DNA of 50,858 bases, from IMG/VR virus record IMGVR_UViG_3300045960_000023, positions 1-50,858 of that record; one strand, written 5' to 3'. Origin of the DNA: a virus. Its lineage: Duplodnaviria > Caudoviricetes. Under the pieces are notes generated by a model that was not told the origin of the DNA, did no database searches, and was given only the letters and a program-made list of their open reading frames with translations. Below are positions 27,201 to 36,292 of the stretch, piece after piece. The position numbers and the translations under genes are program-made. Numbering within the stretch: the first letter of the stretch is position 1; every line of letters starts with the position of its first letter.

Positions 27201-30200
27201 ATACTCAGGGCCCCAGATCATACCACCTGTGTTGCCCTCCTTAAGCTCACCACCTGCAAATGCCTGGTAGCTCTCCGTGCGGCTAGCGCCAGTCCGTGCC
27301 ATCTCGTTGCCATAAGTGGGTGACGTCATGATAGCACCAACCGACTCATTGGGTAGATCGATCTTCCTCGCATCACCTATGATCGAGACGTCAACTCCAT
27401 TCGTCTTGTGCAGATCAGTAGTGCGCACACCACCCCAAGCTGGCTCTAGCTCATTGGCGATGACCTTCCCATCATAGCCATACTCTTTGATCTTCCCAAT
27501 ACGCCCAGTGCCACCGAATATATCTAGCACTGTCTTCACCTGCAGGCCAGATGCAAGGTCACCCATCAGCTTCTGGATACCTTGTGGATATACAGCAGGA
27601 TGCAACCTGCCACGCTTAACCATATCCCTCAGACCCTCGTAGGTCTGCTGAAGGCCGAGGCTATCAAGCGTATACTCTCGCACAGGCTGCGCATGCTTAG
27701 GGTCGAACCAGACATATGTCTCAGCGCCTCCGCCCTGAGAGACGAACTTGTTCCCAGGGATACCAGCTTCGTCTCGGAGGAACTCTGACGTTGCCTTACG
27801 AGCACCAGTGGCATGGGTATCTCCGTTGCCGAAGATCTCCCACAGCTTATACTGAACGTCGTGGCCAGTCATCTTTCCCTTAGGTTCCATTATCCTAACA
27901 ACACGCTCAGTTCCTATGCCGCTAGGCGCAACCCTTACATTACTTATCCCATACTGTCGTGATAGCCCATTGGCTAGGTTCTGAGTAAGAATCTGCCCAG
28001 CCTCTGCGATGATCTTACCCTGAGTGTGGGGGCTCTCTATGTCATATGCTAATGGCAATCCTAAGCCGTCATTGTCAACAGTTACATCTGCGCCAGCTTT
28101 AGCCGTCTCTTCACTCTTAAGCACATCCCTTAGTTGTGCAACTCTACTATCTGTCTTAAATAGAAAGTCAGGACCTTGATCTTCTACAAACCGCATATAG
28201 CTTTCGATAGTCCTACGCAAAGTGATCCTCTCATATGTACTCATTCCTTTGTAGCCAGAGGCTTTCCAAAGAGGATCTGTTACATCTGCTTTGTCCCTAA
28301 GTATATCAAGAAGCTCAGTCTCTTGTTTCAGTCTATTATGTATGAACTGCTTATACTCATCGCGAGTGATAAGGCCATCTATATACTGGCTATTTCGTTT
28401 CCTAAGCTCAGGCACCAGATCAGTAGGCACATCAACAAGATCTGCTAACCAGTCCTTATCACCACCCTTGGTCTCTTTCTTAGCGATCTTGTCAAGCGCG
28501 CCCACGATAGCTGTCCGCTGCTCAGGCTTCAGCTCTGTATCGAGGTTAAGCAACTTCTCCTCAACCTCAGGCAGGTGGCGGGTCTCGTAGACGACAGCCT
28601 TATACTTAGCGCCAACCGGCTCTTTGATCTTAACCCCATTCCCTTCATACATCATCTTAGAGAACTCATTAAGGGCATCTAGCTTCGCTTGATCCTTAGC
28701 GATCTCTTTCTTATAGGCCTCCTCCCTATGGCGATTCTCTAGTCTCATAGCCTCTAGGCTCGCAGGTGTTGCTCGGCCTTCTTGTACTGCTTGCTCTCTT
28801 CCACGCTCTAGCTTCCTACCTATGTCTAAGGAGTGCTTCATACCTTCTATCTGACGTTCCAGGTATGCACCAAACTCAACGGCCTTATTAGTGAGCACAC
28901 CTTCTATCGACTTAGGGTCTTTCATCTTGAGAAGAGTGGCAACATCCCCTATGGTATAACCATAGATCTGTGTCAAGTCGCGATTGCTAAGGGGTCGATC
29001 ACCTATCATGATAGTTCTCTCCCCACTCACACCCTCACGCTCATTCGCCTTCCTCGCTAACCTCTCAGCGTAGTTACTCTCAGCAATCTCCACCTTCTTC
29101 GTGGTATAGATACCCCACCCACGATAGGCAGCACCCTCACCAGTACCTGCATACCGCAGATCATAACCAATCTCTCCACGCTCATTAGGCATGAAGAAGA
29201 CCTTGGTTCCATGATAAGTGAGAATCCCATTCTCAGTGAGGTTAGTGTGCCACGCCTTGGACTGCTCAAACAGGTCACCAATGTTCCCCTTGATAGCAGG
29301 CCAAGCTGGGCCAGCGATCTCCTCCATCCTCTTCTTAAACGCAGGGAACTCTTTTGGCCCCTCAAGGAACAAGCCACGACCTACGAGGGAGAGGGTATCC
29401 TTATTAATATCTCGCTTAAAGATGTCCCGAGCCATCTCATACATCTGCTGCAGGCCCATGAAGTCTAGCGTGAAGCCACCCCCCTCACCAGGCAGGTCAG
29501 CTCCCATGCCTTCACTTTTCAGAAGCGCCTCGAAGTCCTCAGCCGTCTTCAGTTCCACAGTGGGCTTGGTCTCAGTAGGCACATTGGGAATATCCTCTAC
29601 GACAGCGGGCTCCTTCAGATCGAGCGTTGTGTCACTAAGCCACTCCTCAATCTCCTTATCCTCTTCAGGTGTGCGCCTCTGTCTCCGAGTGGGCTCAGGC
29701 TCAGCTGGTGCCGATGCCTCAGCGTCCCGCTTAGCGAGCTTCTGCTCAATCACCTTAAGCTGAATAAGCTCCAGGCGAGAGGGTGCAAGGTCACCATCCA
29801 GCTCCAGAGCCTTAGCATCATTAAGAGTCTGCTCTGCTTTCTCGAGCCCCTTGAGACCCTTGTCAGCTGGCTTCCTCTTAGTGAGCTCTGCAATAGCATC
29901 AGCAGCATCCTTGTTCAACAACTCAGCATGCTTAGTGTGCACCTGCTCAGGGGTCATGGCAGAGATCTCTTCAACCTTCATGCCACTCTTCTTAAGCTTA
30001 TCTATCTTCGCTTCGAAGGCTCTCTTCTTATCCACAAGGATACGAGCCTGAATGTCGAGCTGAGGTGTAGTCTCAACTGGGGCGGAGCGCTGCTCAGGGG
30101 TGAGGCCTTGTCCACGCTTGGCTATCTCTGCGTCGAGTGCTTCCTCAACCAGCTCCCTATTGAGCGCATCACGCTTATCCTCAGGCTTCATCTTCTTGAG

Positions 30201-31793
30201 GTCTTCTACATCATGCCCTCTATTAGCCAGCTCACGTCTCACAGCAAGGTCAGTCATGGGCTTCTTAACGATCCCATCCACTATGCCCTGAACCTCAGCG
30301 CGTGTGGCACCTGTGTGGGCCAGGTCTATAGCAATATCGTCAGGCACATACTTCATGCCAAACTTCTTAGAGGGGTCAATAGGCTGCTCAGCCTTCGGAG
30401 CCTTGGCCGCCTTGGGCACAACAGCTGCAGGTGCAGGCTCAACGGGGATACCTGGAACCTGTGCACCTTCAATGGGCGTAGCAACAGGCGCAGGTGGCTT
30501 CGTCTGGTCAATTCCCTTAGCCTTCGCAGCTTCAACGGCCGCCTTAATGTCAGGGTTCTTGTTGAGGAAACTTTCTGGAATAGATCCAAACACACCCTGC
30601 CCAGCCTGGGCCGCTTCTGATAGCTTAGACACACGCCCCATGAGGAGTTCCTTCTCCTTTAGAGGCGTAGCAGGGTCTCTCATCTTCGCAACAAGCTCAG
30701 CGTGGAGCGCCTGCATCTCTGCCACCCTACTAGGGTTAGCGATGCCAAAGCGCATAGCATCTGCTGTACCTTTAAAATCAGGTATGGGTTCGGCACCTTT
30801 CACCAATGATTGGTCTGAGGGTGCGGGTTTCCCCGCTTCGACCACAGGCGTCTCGGTGTCCCAGCTTGCACGCCCACCAACCTTTCCAACAGGCCCAGGA
30901 GGCGGCTCACCACCAGGGATCGTTCCTTCATAGGTCTGTCCGAAGGGCTGATTCTCCCTCAGCCACTGAGCATCCTTATACTCCACATCAGTGGCCGCTT
31001 GTGCATCTCGAACCGTCTCGTACTCTTTGAGAGCATTGGCTAGGTCAGCATCTTCTAGGATTTTCTCTCTGACTCCTTCCTTCGCCAACGCAGCGTCAAT
31101 GTCAGCATTATTGCGGAATCTGGATGCGGCCTTTCCAGTCGCCATGCTGAGACCTTTAGCCAGAACCTTGAAGGCCAAGCTAAAACCAGCTGCTCCCAGA
31201 GCAAACCCTCCGGCTTCTTCAAGTGACTTCGCCCCCCTTTCCATCAGGGTAGCTCCAGGTGTAGCACCTGCAGCTCCAACCACTGCTCCAGACAAAGCTC
31301 CATGGCCTGCGACTCTAGCGGTACCTTCAATGAGGCCAGCACCTGCACGGGGCGCTACCATTGTAGCTATCTTCTCCGCTAAGGGAACTCCAACCCTACC
31401 AAGCCCCTTGAGTGCGGCTGTACCTACTCCACCACCAGCTGCATAGAGAGGCATCTGCGGGGCGAACTCAGCAAGCCCAAATGCCAGCTGGCCCGCCATA
31501 GATGTGGGCGGTGCCTCATGTACAGCTTGATAGTCCTTGAAACTCTTCGCCTCAGCCTCCCTCGCTCTGGAGAGCTTCTCTATCCCCTCCATACCAAGCA
31601 GGTTGGCGATGTTACCTGTCGTCTCGAATAGCTTCGCACCACCAGTCTGCAGGGCACCAGTCAGGTACGTGCCGAAGCTCGGCTCCTCTTTCGGTTTAGA
31701 CTGCTGTTGAATAAAGGCAGCGATCTCATCATCGCTCTTATCAGCCAGAGCATCTGGCACGTCGTAGACGTTATCGTACAGTTGTACTTTCAT
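24234..31793 (-). CDS. Large polyvalent internal virion/ejection protein with ART-like and DNA methyltransferase domains (2519 aa)
   Basis: Last structural gene. Gly/Ala-rich hydrophobic N-terminus; YHGT...GTGEGAAYRGWGIY...AGIPG...YVWFDP (ART-PolyVal-like); VLDIFGGTG...TSPTY...PGGYFVLNMKD (MTase). Confidence 0.8.
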   Translation of the reverse strand: MKVQLYDNVYDVPDALADKSDDEIAAFIQQQSKPKEEPSFGTYLTGALQTGGAKLFETTGNIANLLGMEGIEKLSRAREAEAKSFKDYQAVHEAPPTSMAGQLAFGLAEFAPQMPLYAAGGGVGTAALKGLGRVGVPLAEKIATMVAPRAGAGLIEGTARVAGHGALSGAVVGAAGATPGATLMERGAKSLEEAGGFALGAAGFSLAFKVLAKGLSMATGKAASRFRNNADIDAALAKEGVREKILEDADLANALKEYETVRDAQAATDVEYKDAQWLRENQPFGQTYEGTIPGGEPPPGPVGKVGGRASWDTETPVVEAGKPAPSDQSLVKGAEPIPDFKGTADAMRFGIANPSRVAEMQALHAELVAKMRDPATPLKEKELLMGRVSKLSEAAQAGQGVFGSIPESFLNKNPDIKAAVEAAKAKGIDQTKPPAPVATPIEGAQVPGIPVEPAPAAVVPKAAKAPKAEQPIDPSKKFGMKYVPDDIAIDLAHTGATRAEVQGIVDGIVKKPMTDLAVRRELANRGHDVEDLKKMKPEDKRDALNRELVEEALDAEIAKRGQGLTPEQRSAPVETTPQLDIQARILVDKKRAFEAKIDKLKKSGMKVEEISAMTPEQVHTKHAELLNKDAADAIAELTKRKPADKGLKGLEKAEQTLNDAKALELDGDLAPSRLELIQLKVIEQKLAKRDAEASAPAEPEPTRRQRRTPEEDKEIEEWLSDTTLDLKEPAVVEDIPNVPTETKPTVELKTAEDFEALLKSEGMGADLPGEGGGFTLDFMGLQQMYEMARDIFKRDINKDTLSLVGRGLFLEGPKEFPAFKKRMEEIAGPAWPAIKGNIGDLFEQSKAWHTNLTENGILTYHGTKVFFMPNERGEIGYDLRYAGTGEGAAYRGWGIYTTKKVEIAESNYAERLARKANEREGVSGERTIMIGDRPLSNRDLTQIYGYTIGDVATLLKMKDPKSIEGVLTNKAVEFGAYLERQIEGMKHSLDIGRKLERGREQAVQEGRATPASLEAMRLENRHREEAYKKEIAKDQAKLDALNEFSKMMYEGNGVKIKEPVGAKYKAVVYETRHLPEVEEKLLNLDTELKPEQRTAIVGALDKIAKKETKGGDKDWLADLVDVPTDLVPELRKRNSQYIDGLITRDEYKQFIHNRLKQETELLDILRDKADVTDPLWKASGYKGMSTYERITLRRTIESYMRFVEDQGPDFLFKTDSRVAQLRDVLKSEETAKAGADVTVDNDGLGLPLAYDIESPHTQGKIIAEAGQILTQNLANGLSRQYGISNVRVAPSGIGTERVVRIMEPKGKMTGHDVQYKLWEIFGNGDTHATGARKATSEFLRDEAGIPGNKFVSQGGGAETYVWFDPKHAQPVREYTLDSLGLQQTYEGLRDMVKRGRLHPAVYPQGIQKLMGDLASGLQVKTVLDIFGGTGRIGKIKEYGYDGKVIANELEPAWGGVRTTDLHKTNGVDVSIIGDARKIDLPNESVGAIMTSPTYGNEMARTGASRTESYQAFAGGELKEGNTGGMIWGPEYEALHKEAYKEAFRVVEPGGYFVLNMKDRFKSDRIPKANSTVAVEGGVMKATDWHTKALEAEGFKFVKQYKVEEGFATSAAHEVKRRNTVGYEDVVVLQKPVADGPSPYGSGVTFDFMGGQQATEALYKLWRRTRDGKTTLGSDKLKEALLGKDGKEWLHDRLPDPDAIRVWESEVRQPMRIAQKIGGKAFDFVTRWNMADLSSVHKFAAAGGDRDVLNAIFGQLDKAGRLELGKVVENKAKASSEKVATAAGQLRDWLDMMWDEKIATTKADFKSHLKPEEYEALMQVIEKKYSPETIFSKFDEKDAHVLRGLVDDFRALESKYIPDYMTHFERGSIVLRDKEVGGKVVAVGVSKADAIRKAQRIKEADPSAELYMDTNFMKDMPQGIGQGQYFSVLKRLSDSNDKILKEINEGIAKGESTLAAKRAVRGLFIIKPTYKFSAFEKRRFDTLAGEEDVSSVLFNYAYTMRRKTALDPLIAEARGIINRDYAGQPNTQEFLRTLIEDTKGRYHWQDKAADDLIRWIGRETGIERMETASMTATKGAAYARAAEGILKLAYRPIAAAFNYLGGQGNVWTQNGTKYFSAGYKFLASKEGKQFIKEMEPIMGQTFAHEGESLKPRHEVFKGLPWWTQPMGMFERPEIPNRSIGLAAPYLMARDSVKNGGLGMGEAEARIYAFQQNVFSQATYNIANLPSILRSPVGKTMGQFKTYMINQLEFMAHLSAPQAGRFLMVQAALGGPRAIVAMLKAAPVLAMFGWWGEIEQWMDKNYPRASRGVGGMLGIDVTGPAALQMPQSMSDWAGPFISDIVKTYNNVLKSYMAGEKMAPRTFKEGVEFSTSIAEQVSPLMKTWPKLLIDKMATPGQNGYIIKDQRGREIYRLENVDIAKVVMGAEPLEAARIKQFESREKQHAAQLSKRKAYVTDAVVDALNAGEVVPPHVWDEMFTLGIRSSTIRREMKMRMLSPEARRIIQTEMLRRGEIMEEFPKPAQ

Positions 31794-31809
31794 TGCTAGG
31801 ACTCACCTC

Positions 31810-32826
31810 CTATGCGCCAGTGTCAGGGGGATTGGCAACAGCACCGCCAACCTCAGTGTCCCACATCTTCTTCTTCAGCCACCTAAAGGGGGCGGTGAAG
31901 TCGGTCTCCGGATTAGCCACAGCACCTGGCAGCCCTGCGCTAGCGGGTGCACCTGGAGCAGGAGCTGGGGTGGGCTTAATGACACGCGGCTTGCTCTCAT
32001 CAGCACCCTTGAGCACCTTGTAGTTCTCAGGCCCATACATCTTGATGCCAATCTGGTCTCGCATCTTAAGGGCCATCTGCAGAGCATCCTCTTGCTCCGC
32101 ACTCCTCGGCCCACTTATCCCATTAAGCATCCACGTACCAAGCTGACGCCCAGCCTGTTGGTCTCCAGCCTTCGCTGCTTTCTGCACAGCATCCCACTCC
32201 AACTGAGTAGGGATAGCTTTGAAGGAGAGGGCATCCTTATTATACTTCTCGAAGAGGCCAGCCCACTTGATCAGCTCATTCTGCTGACCCTGCTTGCCTG
32301 CCATAGCCATCGTCGACTCCCAGTGCATGGCAGCTACGATAAGCTTCTCGAGATTGTCTCGGCCATAGACCTTAGCCAACTCACCAAGATCTCCAATGCC
32401 TGTGAACCGCTTAAGCAGAGGCGGAGCTGCGACACCAGAGAATGCCTCAGCACCCTTGGTACGCATATCCTCTCTGAACTGTTCCAGCTCTTGATAAGCC
32501 TTCCCAGTTGCCTCAGGCCCAGCTTGCGCCTTAGCAATCTCATGAGCCATGAACTCAGCCGAACGCTGGAAGTCATGAAGGTTCGCAGCTGCAAACGCCT
32601 GTGCAGCCTGAGCGTTATTCTTGTTAGCCTCACTGGGCAGCATAAGCGCGGCCATCTGCTGCTTATAAACATCAACTGCACTCTTAGTGATCTCAGTGCG
32701 CTCTGCGGGAGAGAGTGCTCCAAGTGCCAACCTGTTTGCAATTCCCTGCACCATAGCGGCAGGGGGTTCGATAGGCCCTGCTACTTCACCAGTAGGTCGC
32801 TGAACACTGGTCGCAGGGCCTCCCGA
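31810..32826 (-). CDS. Internal virion protein, frameshift-accessed C-terminal portion
   Basis: ORF 31810..32754 has no SD before its ATG, and its frame stays open back to the slippery site at 32826-32832. Confidence 0.7.
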   Translation of the reverse strand, partial: SGGPATSVQRPTGEVAGPIEPPAAMVQGIANRLALGALSPAERTEITKSAVDVYKQQMAALMLPSEANKNNAQAAQAFAAANLHDFQRSAEFMAHEIAKAQAGPEATGKAYQELEQFREDMRTKGAEAFSGVAAPPLLKRFTGIGDLGELAKVYGRDNLEKLIVAAMHWESTMAMAGKQGQQNELIKWAGLFEKYNKDALSFKAIPTQLEWDAVQKAAKAGDQQAGRQLGTWMLNGISGPRSAEQEDALQMALKMRDQIGIKMYGPENYKVLKGADESKPRVIKPTPAPAPGAPASAGLPGAVANPETDFTAPFRWLKKKMWDTEVGGAVANPPDTGA

Positions 32827-32832
32827 AAATTT
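32773..32832 (-). other. Programmed -1 ribosomal frameshift signal
   Basis: In-frame A AAU UUU, 4-nt spacer, then a hairpin of AGGCCCUGC/GCAGGGCCU with inner ACCAGU/ACUGGU. Confidence 0.8.
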
Positions 32833-33350
32833 GGTGTACCTACATCGTTAGGCACAGCGGTAGGCACAGTTCCTGCGGCTTGCGGGCTACTGTTTGGTGC
32901 GAAGGGAGCCGGTACATTAGTGGGAGGAATCAGCCTATCAATAAGCGCCTGGTTCGCAACACCTGCAACCGTGTTAGATCCAATCTGCCCAGCTGTCGTA
33001 CCCAGGCGGGCTTGCCAACTATTGGGCGCAGCAATCGCAGCACCCAGCTTCCCAATCATACTCGCGAAGCCACCTGCACCCTGTGGCGTGTCAAGAGCCT
33101 TGGCGAAGGCATCCCATCTACTGGGCGCTGCAGCCGTGGCCTGTGAGATTGCCTGCCCAGGAGGTGCCTGCTCAACAGAACCACCACCTGCCACTGCATC
33201 GTTCAACTTACTCACACTATTGTGAGTGTTCATGATCGCCTTGATGATCTCAGCACTGGAACCTTCGAGAAGCCCAGCACCTCCCCCAACAGTGGGGTCC
33301 ATCTGTTCCGTTAACGCTCCCTGCCACCAATTAGTGGGGTAGTCAGCCAT
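32781..33350 (-). CDS. Internal virion/ejection protein (189 aa; ~513 aa if frameshifted)
   Basis: AGGAGG RBS, ATG 33350; Gly/Ala/Gln-rich. Confidence 0.75.
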   Translation of the reverse strand: MADYPTNWWQGALTEQMDPTVGGGAGLLEGSSAEIIKAIMNTHNSVSKLNDAVAGGGSVEQAPPGQAISQATAAAPSRWDAFAKALDTPQGAGGFASMIGKLGAAIAAPNSWQARLGTTAGQIGSNTVAGVANQALIDRLIPPTNVPAPFAPNSSPQAAGTVPTAVPNDVGTPNFREALRPVFSDLLVK

Positions 33351-33364
33351 CTTATATCCTCCTA

Positions 33365-34252
33365 TCAACCAAATAGTCCTGCGATTCCACCAAGCACACC
33401 ACCGATAGCCGCACCATACACTCCACCATAAGCGGCTCCAGTAGACATACCAATCATAGCGCCAGCAGCTGCACCGCCCATCGCTCCACCGATAACATTC
33501 TGTGCAGTCGAGCCACCGGCAACATCCTTGTTCGTGTTAGTGGCACCCTGCAACGCTCCGAGTGCAGCCCTCTCATACTCGAGAACAGTGAAGGGCCACA
33601 GCGCTGTACGAGCAGCCATGCTGAACACCTGCTCATCCACATCATGCTTGGCGCTGTAGTAGAACTTCATCAGCTCCGCATACATCTTAATCACGCCGTT
33701 GTTCCAGTTGAGGTGCGCTGCGTACCGCTCCTGTGCGATGGGGATAAGCTTGTACCTCAGCTCCGCATCGAACTTAGCAAGGGCCTTTGTCCGCGCATCC
33801 TCAATAATAGCCTTCCCGATGATATAGCTACTAGTCATAACAGCGTTCATATCCCTCATCCCTGTCTGAAAGCGGGGCAGAAGGTTCAGCTCAATATCAT
33901 CATCCAGGAGCACAGCCTCAGCTGTCACAAGGTTACCTACCTGTGGGTTGTTAACTGTGTCCTGAAAGGTCTGCTCCCATAACACCTCGATATCAAGGCC
34001 AGCCATAAACTTCCCGAACATATCGTAGAGGGAAGGGAAGCTAGCAATGGTATAACCTGCGCTGAAGAACGCGTCCTCAACCTCTGGTGCTGTGTACGTT
34101 GTGTAGGGGGACCCAGCTGTAAGCGCCGTGTTCACGCTAGTCTGCACTAGATCCAAGAACGTGTTGTGGTGCTCTTCTACGTAGGGAGCATAGCGAATGG
34201 TTGTGGTGCTATCACCACCTCCACCTCCACCGCCTCCACCTTTTCCACCCAT
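33365..34252 (-). CDS. Ejection (pilot) protein with C-terminal glycine zipper
   Basis: MGGKGGGG...STTT N-terminus and GGAMGGAAAGA...GGVLGGIAGLFG C-terminus, typical of podovirus ejection proteins. Confidence 0.7.
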   Translation of the reverse strand: MGGKGGGGGGGGGDSTTTIRYAPYVEEHHNTFLDLVQTSVNTALTAGSPYTTYTAPEVEDAFFSAGYTIASFPSLYDMFGKFMAGLDIEVLWEQTFQDTVNNPQVGNLVTAEAVLLDDDIELNLLPRFQTGMRDMNAVMTSSYIIGKAIIEDARTKALAKFDAELRYKLIPIAQERYAAHLNWNNGVIKMYAELMKFYYSAKHDVDEQVFSMAARTALWPFTVLEYERAALGALQGATNTNKDVAGGSTAQNVIGGAMGGAAAGAMIGMSTGAAYGGVYGAAIGGVLGGIAGLFG

Positions 34253-34256
34253 AGCG

Positions 34257-34697
34257 TCACCCCTTAGGTATTCTATACGCAAAGATGCGTGTTGATTCTT
34301 TGAACCCAGCACCAAGCGCTAGTTCCCAGATGCGGGGGTTCCTACTCATGTGCCCTATGTACGAGCACCCTTCCTTCTTCGCAAACGCTATCATCAGATC
34401 TCTGAAGCCGTTCCAAGCTTCTTGGCCCAGTCGCTTCCAAGAGTAACCAGCTTGGATGTAAAGGTACTTCTCATCATACTGCGCGTTGTAAAGGATGCGT
34501 GTCACATAGATGAGAGTGAGCTCCTTATTCTCATCGAAGCGTACCCAGCACTGGGCCTTCTCACTCAGCAGGGCACAGAGCAGGTCTCGAAGATAAGCAG
34601 GCTTCTGCGCATCGTCCACTTCATCCACAGCTGCACACGCAAACTTGATAACCTCCCAATACCTCGGAACATCTTTTGAGAGTAATTGAATAAGCAT
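34257..34697 (-). CDS. GNAT-fold virion assembly protein
   Basis: 146 aa between nozzle and ejection genes; AFAKKEGC...GF pattern. Confidence 0.5.
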   Translation of the reverse strand: MLIQLLSKDVPRYWEVIKFACAAVDEVDDAQKPAYLRDLLCALLSEKAQCWVRFDENKELTLIYVTRILYNAQYDEKYLYIQAGYSWKRLGQEAWNGFRDLMIAFAKKEGCSYIGHMSRNPRIWELALGAGFKESTRIFAYRIPKG

Positions 34698-35842
34698 CAG
34701 ACCTGCCTCCCCCGCAGGAACGAATCCAAGAAGCTATAGTTATGAAGCACACCGTTGACCTTGAAATAGTCCAACTTAAAGTCGGCGTCGTATATGTACA
34801 TCTTCAGTCTGAAGCGGAACTCACGTCCCCAACAGGGGAGCACCGCTTTCCCATTAGGGTTCACACGCGTCCAGGGCGTGGTAGCAAACGCCTCGCTCTT
34901 ATCCTTCCGCCAGTCTACTGCGGCCCAGACTGGGTTCGCTGAGTAGAAGCCAAAGTCCACATCCATGATCGTCTTATCCTTCCTCGTACCCAGATCATAG
35001 ATGTCTGTGCAGATCTCGAATGGGATGTCATCTATGGCACCAGCTGACGTGACAAGATCAAGTGCGATACCTGTGATGTTCCCAGGTCCGCGCCCCAGAC
35101 TCTTATCTCGCTCACTATACACATAGCCATCCATACCATCGCAGATATACACTCGACCCAGCGTCTCATCATACGAGAGGACGATGTCTGACATAGTGCT
35201 GAGGAACTCATCGTAGCCGAGAATCTCCAGCTTCTCCATCATCCTACACAGCCTACTATGGATGTCGACGAAGTAGTGAACCGTCTCATTCCCACAGACC
35301 GCTAGCTTGCTCTGTACGCCTATGCCACTAACGGTAGCCATTCCCCAGTTATACCCACTAGGGTTCAGCAGCGCAACACCTTGCTCTCCATAGACGATGA
35401 CGCTCTTGCCCAGCTTCTTGATCGCGTAGACCCAACCTTGCCAGAACATGGGCCTCTCACCGGCCACATTATCTCGGCCGATAGTGAAGTCCAAGTTGCC
35501 AATGTTGCTCCACTTGACCCAGTTGCGTCTACTCAGCTCAGTCGAGAAGTCACCACTCAACTCCATGGTCAAGTCGATGTGGGCATCTACATTGAGCATA
35601 GCGCTCGGTGCCCAGTCAGCATCGAGCGTCAGGGTGAGCGTCAACGCTGTGAACGTAGGTGCTGTATTAAGCCAGTTTCCCAACAGCGTAAGCGTAATAG
35701 TAGGAACCAGTGCGTCATAGTAAGCACCTGGGAATGTGCCGTCAAGGTCAGGGTTACGCACACCTGGGGGCGTGTGGGTAAGCACAACCTGCTTCAGCTG
35801 TAACGCCACTACAAATGGCGTAGCTGCTACATTGATAGCCAT
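34697..35842 (-). CDS. Tail nozzle / DNA-stabilisation protein, C-terminal part
   Basis: Beta-propeller-like NWVKWSNIG...VIVYGEQGV...HYFVD; C-terminal YDLG..KTI...GREFRFRL sandwich. Confidence 0.6.
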   Translation of the reverse strand: MAINVAATPFVVALQLKQVVLTHTPPGVRNPDLDGTFPGAYYDALVPTITLTLLGNWLNTAPTFTALTLTLTLDADWAPSAMLNVDAHIDLTMELSGDFSTELSRRNWVKWSNIGNLDFTIGRDNVAGERPMFWQGWVYAIKKLGKSVIVYGEQGVALLNPSGYNWGMATVSGIGVQSKLAVCGNETVHYFVDIHSRLCRMMEKLEILGYDEFLSTMSDIVLSYDETLGRVYICDGMDGYVYSERDKSLGRGPGNITGIALDLVTSAGAIDDIPFEICTDIYDLGTRKDKTIMDVDFGFYSANPVWAAVDWRKDKSEAFATTPWTRVNPNGKAVLPCWGREFRFRLKMYIYDADFKLDYFKVNGVLHNYSFLDSFLRGRQV

Positions 35843-35851
35843 AACGGCTCC

Positions 35852-36277
35852 TTATGCCAAGCGAAGTTCGATGTTACTAATCGTCGCCACTCCACCGTCA
35901 GCCTGCGTCTGGTCTCCACCGAAGTCGATGTAGCCAACAATGATGTCGCTTGCGTGAGTGTCATCGTAGATGATCGCGCCAGGTGTGGGACCAATCGCTC
36001 CACCAGATGCAGTCCAGGTCACATTGCTCCAGGTGACCTCGGCCCTATCATCCGTGTCGTCTTCCGTCACCGAGACACCTGCCAGGGTCTTGGTATCTGC
36101 GGTATAGCCAGCCCCAGTCCCCAGCTCGCTCGCACTCACATCACTATAGCCGTGATGCGTGTCCTTGTTGAACGTGAAGCCTGACTGCATCAAGATGATC
36201 TTGAAAGTGTCGCCACTAAGATCCACATGGCCAAGGGCCAATTCATACTTAAACTTGTTACTCAGCTCAGTCGCCAT
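35852..36277 (-). CDS. Minor tail/fibre adaptor protein
   Basis: DTFKIILM...ELGTGAGYTA..KTL...VTWTASGG...AIIY; similar to 43395..43817. Confidence 0.65.
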   Translation of the reverse strand: MATELSNKFKYELALGHVDLSGDTFKIILMQSGFTFNKDTHHGYSDVSASELGTGAGYTADTKTLAGVSVTEDDTDDRAEVTWSNVTWTASGGAIGPTPGAIIYDDTHASDIIVGYIDFGGDQTQADGGVATISNIELRLA

Positions 36278-36292
36278 TTGTCTTCTCCTTTG

